From the NCBI GenBank assembly GCA_963820695.1, contig CAWGAP010000001.1, forward strand, positions 147,087 through 211,086: a stretch of 64,000 nucleotides of DNA, written 5' to 3'. Within the stretch, counting starts at the first letter, position 1, and each line of letters begins with the position of its first letter. Below, piece by piece: positions 60,312-64,000 of this stretch. The notes under the pieces are model-generated. The model searched no databases. It was not told the DNA's origin and was given only the letters and a program-made list of their open reading frames with translations. Source of the stretch: an uncultured Gaiellaceae bacterium (GTDB lineage: Bacteria; Actinomycetota; Thermoleophilia; Gaiellales; Gaiellaceae). Both the position numbers and the translations under genes were made by a program.

Positions 60312-61040
60312 GTGTTCGACCACGTCACGATCCGCGCCTCAGATCGTTCTACCTCTGAACGTTTCTACCAAACCGTTCTCCAGCCGCTCGGAATCGAGCA
60401 GACCCACGACGGTGAAGAGTACGCCGAGTGGGACGACTTCTCCCTTGCCCAGGCGGAAGACGGGCACCCGCCGACGCGGCGCCTGCACATCGGCTTCGCC
60501 GCGCCGACGCGTCGCCACGTGGACGAGTTCTGGCAGGCGGGCACCGAGGCCGGCTACGAGAGCGACGGCGAGCCCGGGCCACGGCCGCAGTACAGCGACG
60601 ACTACTACGGCGCCTTCCTGCTCGATCCGGACGGCAACAGCGTCGAAGCCGTCCATCACGGCTCGCTTCGGAACGGCGGCAACGTCGACCACCTCTGGAT
60701 CCGCGTCTCCGACGTCGAGGCGGCGACGGCCTTCTACGAGACCGTCGGACCGGCGGCGGGCTTCCGGGTCGGCAGCGAGCTCGCCGACCGGACGCAGTTC
60801 GCGTGCGTCAGCGGCTCCTTCTCGGTCGTCGCGGGTGCCGAGCCGTCGGAGAACGTGCACCTCGCCTTCGCCGCGGCCGACGACGACACCGTCGAGCGCT
60901 TCCACCGCGACGCGACCGCGGCCGGGTACCGCGACAACGGCGCCCCGGGCGAGCGCGCGGTCTACCACGAGGGCTACTACGCGGCGTTCGTGCTCGACCC
61001 GGACGGCAACAACGTCGAGGTGGTGAACCACAACAGATGA
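60312..61040 (+). CDS. VOC (glyoxalase/bleomycin-resistance/dioxygenase) family protein with two tandem VOC modules
   Basis: 242 aa from GTG 60312. Module 1 is [10 protein letters not shown]...[17 protein letters not shown]. Module 2 is [10 protein letters not shown]...[17 protein letters not shown]. Confidence 0.82.
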   Translation: MFDHVTIRASDRSTSERFYQTVLQPLGIEQTHDGEEYAEWDDFSLAQAEDGHPPTRRLHIGFAAPTRRHVDEFWQAGTEAGYESDGEPGPRPQYSDDYYGAFLLDPDGNSVEAVHHGSLRNGGNVDHLWIRVSDVEAATAFYETVGPAAGFRVGSELADRTQFACVSGSFSVVAGAEPSENVHLAFAAADDDTVERFHRDATAAGYRDNGAPGERAVYHEGYYAAFVLDPDGNNVEVVNHNR

Positions 61041-61231
61041 GACCGCGCCTGACGCACGAGGGCGCGAAGCGCCGTGCCGAGCGCGAGCGCCAGACCGGGG
61101 TCGATCCCGACGACGCGGCTGCGCGCTGGCTCGAGGAGCAGGACCCGCCGCCGGCGCCGCCGCCCTCGAAGGCGAGGTTCAAGTCGAAGGAGCTGCATCG
61201 CTGGCGGGAGCAGCAGAAGCGCGGCGGCTGA
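61037..61231 (+). CDS. Small hypothetical basic protein
   Basis: 64 aa, [26 protein letters not shown]...[14 protein letters not shown]. Its ATG overlaps the VOC stop codon (ATGA). Its 3' end overlaps the convergent LLM gene by about 53 nt. Confidence 0.4.
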   Translation: MRPRLTHEGAKRRAERERQTGVDPDDAAARWLEEQDPPPAPPPSKARFKSKELHRWREQQKRGG

Positions 61232-62192
61232 CCTCCTCGCGAACGATCGGCGCCACCTTCGTCCCGAACAGCTCGATTGCCTTCAGCGTCTTGTCGTGCG
61301 GGATCGAGCCGACCGTGAACTGGATCAGGAAGCGGTCGTGCCGGAAGAGCTCGTGCTGGTAGAGGATCTTCGCCGCCACCTCCTCGGGGTTGCCGACCAC
61401 GGTCGCTCCGCGGAGCGTCCTGCCCGCGTCGTAGTCCTGCCGCTCGAGCGGCCGCCAGCCGCGCTCGGCGCCGATCCGGTCCATCATCGTCTTGAGCGGG
61501 CAGGAAGTAGTCCTCGGCCGCCTGCTCCGAGCTCTCGCCGACGAATCCGTGTGCGTTGATGCTGAGCGGCGGCGGCTCGTGGCCGTGCTCGACCGCCGCG
61601 CGCCGGTGGATCTCCGCGAACGGGACGAACCGCTCGGGCAGGCCGCCGATGATCGCCAGCGCCATCGGCAGCCCGAGCGCGCCCGCCCGGTACGCGGACT
61701 CGGGCGTGCCGCCGACGGCGACCCAGACCGGCAGCGGCTCCTGCAGCGGCCGCGGGTAGACGCCCTGAACCTCCTCGCGTAGCTCGCAGGAGTTGCTCGA
61801 GCTTCTCCTCGAAGAGCCGGTCGTAGTCGGCGAGGTCGTAGCCGAAGAGCGGGAAGGACTCGATGAACGAGCCGCGGCCGACCATGATCTCGGCGCGGCC
61901 GCCCGAGAGCAGGTCGACGGTCGCGAACTGCTGGAAGATCCGGATCGGATCGTCCGAGCTGAGCACGTTGACGGCGCTCGTGAGCCGGATCCGGCGGGTC
62001 CGCAGCCGCTGCCGCCGCGAGCACGGTCGCAGGCGAGGAGACGACGAAGTCCGGACGGTGGTGCTCACCGACGCCGAAGACGTCGAGCCCGACCTCGTCG
62101 GCCAGCTCGATCTCCTCGATCAGGTTCCGCAGCCGTTGCTCGGGGCCGATCTCGGACGTCAGCTCCGCGAAGGTGTAGACACCGAGCTCCAC
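61179..62192 (-). CDS. LLM-class (luciferase-like) flavin-dependent oxidoreductase, three frameshifts as assembled
   Basis: The GTG start gives [12 protein letters not shown]...[19 protein letters not shown]. After a shift at about 61995 it continues [43 protein letters not shown]. After a shift at about 61778 it continues [25 protein letters not shown]...[19 protein letters not shown]. After a shift at about 61500 it continues LKTMMDRIG...[13 protein letters not shown]. Confidence 0.78.
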   Translation of the reverse strand: MELGVYTFAELTSEIGPEQRLRNLIEEIELADEVGLDVFGVGEHHRPDFVVSSPATVLAAAAAADPPDPAHERRQRAQLGRSDPDLPAVRDRRPALGRPRRDHGRPRLVHRVLPALRLRPRRLRPALRGEARATPASYARRFRASTRGRCRSRCRSGSPSAARPSPRTGRARSGCRWRWRSSAACPSGSSRSRRSTGARRSSTATSRRRSASTHTDSSARARSRRPRTTSCPLKTMMDRIGAERGWRPLERQDYDAGRTLRGATVVGNPEEVAAKILYQHELFRHDRFLIQFTVGSIPHDKTLKAIELFGTKVAPIVREEVSRRASAAPASDAAPST

Positions 62193-62248
62193 GGACGCAT
62201 CGTGGCAGTTCGAGTCGCCTGTCCGACGCAGGCGGCACCATCGACCCC

Positions 62249-62947
62249 ATGCGCCCCGCGATCCTCGACCAGCTCTCCGCAACGCAGAAGGCGAAGCTGT
62301 TCGACGAGCTGATCGAGTTCCTGGCGACGCCGTCGTTCGGCGCCTGGCCGAAGCGGGAGATCGAGGTGAGGGTCGTCGCCGCGCTCTACGAGCGGCAGCT
62401 TCGCGACGGCAGCCTCTCGGTCGCGCGGCTGGCCGAGGAGCTGACGGTGACGCGCGCCCGCGGCCGCAGCCTCGTGCTCGAGGCGCGGACGCGGCTGCTC
62501 TCGCGGCCGGAGGACCGCAAGAAGACCTTGGCGACCCTGCTCAAGCGCTGGCCCGAGCAGGCGCAGGTCGACGAGAGCGACGGCCGGCTGCGCCTCGTCG
62601 TCGAGGATCCGTTCGTGCGCGACCTACTGCGAAACCACGCCTACGCCTCCGGAATCCCGCTCGACACCTCGTTCGCGACCGAGATCGTCTCGCTGCGCTG
62701 GAGCGACTACGCCTCGCTGCTCGCCTCGGTGCTGCCGGCAGACGTGGCGGAGGAGGTCGCGAAGGACGTCGGCGCCGCGATCCGGCGCGACCTCGCCGCC
62801 GAGAAGGAGACGCTGGCGGAGTTCGAGCGGGCGCTGAAGAAGTGGGAGAAGCGCTCGCCGCAGGAGCGCGCCGAGCGGCTGCTGAAGTACGGCGTCGAGC
62901 ACGTCCCGGTCGGCACGGTCGTGAGCGCGCTGCTCTCGGCGCTCTAA
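62249..62947 (+). CDS. Hypothetical protein
   Basis: 232 aa from ATG 62249, inside ORF 61793..62947. It is helical and charged, and I recognise no family. Confidence 0.5.
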   Translation: MRPAILDQLSATQKAKLFDELIEFLATPSFGAWPKREIEVRVVAALYERQLRDGSLSVARLAEELTVTRARGRSLVLEARTRLLSRPEDRKKTLATLLKRWPEQAQVDESDGRLRLVVEDPFVRDLLRNHAYASGIPLDTSFATEIVSLRWSDYASLLASVLPADVAEEVAKDVGAAIRRDLAAEKETLAEFERALKKWEKRSPQERAERLLKYGVEHVPVGTVVSALLSAL

Positions 62948-62970
62948 GCTCTCTTCGCGTTCTCATGAGG

Positions 62971-63768
62971 CTAGACGATCAGCTTCCGCGTCATCGCGCG
63001 GATCGCGAGCCGCCACATCAGCAGCCCGAAGAGGACGAGGACGCCGACACTGGCGACGTCACTCCATCCCTCCCAGCCGAACGCCGCGTGCCGCACGAGC
63101 TCGACGCAGTGGTGAAGCGGGTTGAGGTTCGCGAGAAACTGCGCCCACCCCGGGAGGCCGTCGATCGGGAAGAAGGTGCCGGCGACGAGGAAGAGCGGCG
63201 TCAGGACGGCGCTGACGATGTAGCTGAAGTTGTCGATCGACTTGGCGAAACCGGCGACCGAGATCCCGAAGCACGCCCAGCCGAAACCGGAGAGCCAGCA
63301 GATGAACGGCACCGCCAGCATCCCCCACGAGGGGTCGAGCCCGAACGCGATCGCAACCAGGAGCGGCACGTTGCCGTAGACACCGGCGCGCGTGGCGATC
63401 CAGAGCGCCTCCGCCGTGACGAGCTCCTCCGTGTCGACAGGTGCGGCGAGAATCGCGTCGTACGTGCGCTGGAACTGGTACTTGACGAACGTGCCGAACA
63501 TCGCCGGGAACGCGCTCGAGAAGAGCACCGCCGTCGCAACGATCCCCGTCCCGATGAACTCGATGTAGTCGTAGCCCGAGACGGTGCTGACGAGCGAGCC
63601 GAACCCGAAGCCGAATGCGAGCAGGTAGATCGTCGGCTCGACCGTCGAGGAGAACGTGGCTGCGCGCCAGTAGGAGGAGTAGTTGACGACCTCGCGGACG
63701 AGCACGCCGGTGATCGCCGAGCGCTCGAGCCGGCCGAGACGGCGCTCGCGGGAGGTCGCGGTGGCCAT
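62971..63768 (-). CDS. ABC-2 type transporter permease
   Basis: 265 aa with 6 TM segments and an ABC-2/DrrB/NodJ-like pattern (REVVNYSSYWRA...). Its ATG overlaps the upstream ATPase stop codon (TGATG). Confidence 0.85.
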   Translation of the reverse strand: MATATSRERRLGRLERSAITGVLVREVVNYSSYWRAATFSSTVEPTIYLLAFGFGFGSLVSTVSGYDYIEFIGTGIVATAVLFSSAFPAMFGTFVKYQFQRTYDAILAAPVDTEELVTAEALWIATRAGVYGNVPLLVAIAFGLDPSWGMLAVPFICWLSGFGWACFGISVAGFAKSIDNFSYIVSAVLTPLFLVAGTFFPIDGLPGWAQFLANLNPLHHCVELVRHAAFGWEGWSDVASVGVLVLFGLLMWRLAIRAMTRKLIV

Positions 63769-64000
63769 CAGCCGATCTCCTCGCCGGTGAGGAGGACGAA
63801 GACGTCCTCGAGGTTCGCCGCCCGCCGCTCGCCGTCGATCCCGATCCCGTCGCCGTTCTCGATCCCGAGGATCGAGACGCTCGTGCCCGTGCGCCGCGTG
63901 CGCAGGCCCTTCGCCGCCGGCCTGCCGCCTCGACCTCGGCCAGCCGCGCGGGCGGGCCGTAGACCTCGAGCACCTCGTGCCGGCGTGCTCGCTGACGAGC
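63768..64000 (-). CDS. ABC transporter ATP-binding protein, C-terminal part only (5' part outside the window), one frameshift
   Basis: The reverse strand reads ...HEVLEVYGPPARLAEVEAAGR, shifts frame at about 63930, then reads AKGLRTRRTGTSVSILGIENGDGIGIDGERRAANLEDVFVLLTGEEIG and stops. The DVFVxLTG ending is typical of DrrA/NodI-like ATPases. Confidence 0.65.
   Translation of the reverse strand, partial: SSASTPARGARGLRPARAAGRGRGGRPAAKGLRTRRTGTSVSILGIENGDGIGIDGERRAANLEDVFVLLTGEEIG

Overview
Very GC-rich bacterial chromosomal segment (third codon positions are almost all G/C). Gene content and order (rpmE-DUF1385-prfA-prmC-tsaC-glyA-upp-wecA, a split methylmalonyl-CoA mutase, trpE-G-D-CF-B-A) suggest an actinobacterium; Thermoleophilia/Rubrobacteria-like is only my guess. 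I can support about 60 protein genes. I saw no rRNA, tRNA, CRISPR, integrase or transposase.

Layout:
- 1-8.2 kb: translation and envelope housekeeping block with overlapping start/stop codons.
- 8.2-10.8 kb: membrane protein with four DUF4389 units, followed by an M48 protease.
- Scattered short-chain acyl-CoA metabolism genes: ETF-QO and etfBA, methylmalonyl-CoA mutase split into a B12-binding subunit and a catalytic subunit, acyl-CoA dehydrogenase-PduO adenosyltransferase-TSUP, hbd, thiolase.
- 19,975-35,027: one giant (~15 kb, ~5,000 codon) surface-protein gene. It contains 18 tandem 300-bp Ig-like units, about 13 further 270-300-bp Ig-like units, then FN3, PASTA and a receiver-like tail.
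- 45.7-51.6 kb: trp operon.
- 51.7-52.0 kb: stand-alone gene for a small secreted 6 x 11-aa ADWSSGK repeat protein, then a hybrid histidine kinase.
- 54.5-64 kb: mixed transport, redox and hypothetical genes.

Most interesting observations:
- A PadR / membrane protein / TIMP-like (mature N-terminus Cys-Thr-Cys) operon.
- The ADWSSGK repeat peptide gene with its own perfect palindrome.
- A 23-nt AT-rich palindromic element present three times, one copy inside trpE.
- The recombining giant adhesin gene.
- About forty strongly clustered frameshifts in otherwise conserved genes. Some clusters may be assembly error and others (trpD-trpA, the kinase sensor domain) real decay; this cannot be settled from sequence alone.

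All functional calls come from motif recognition by eye. No database search was run.
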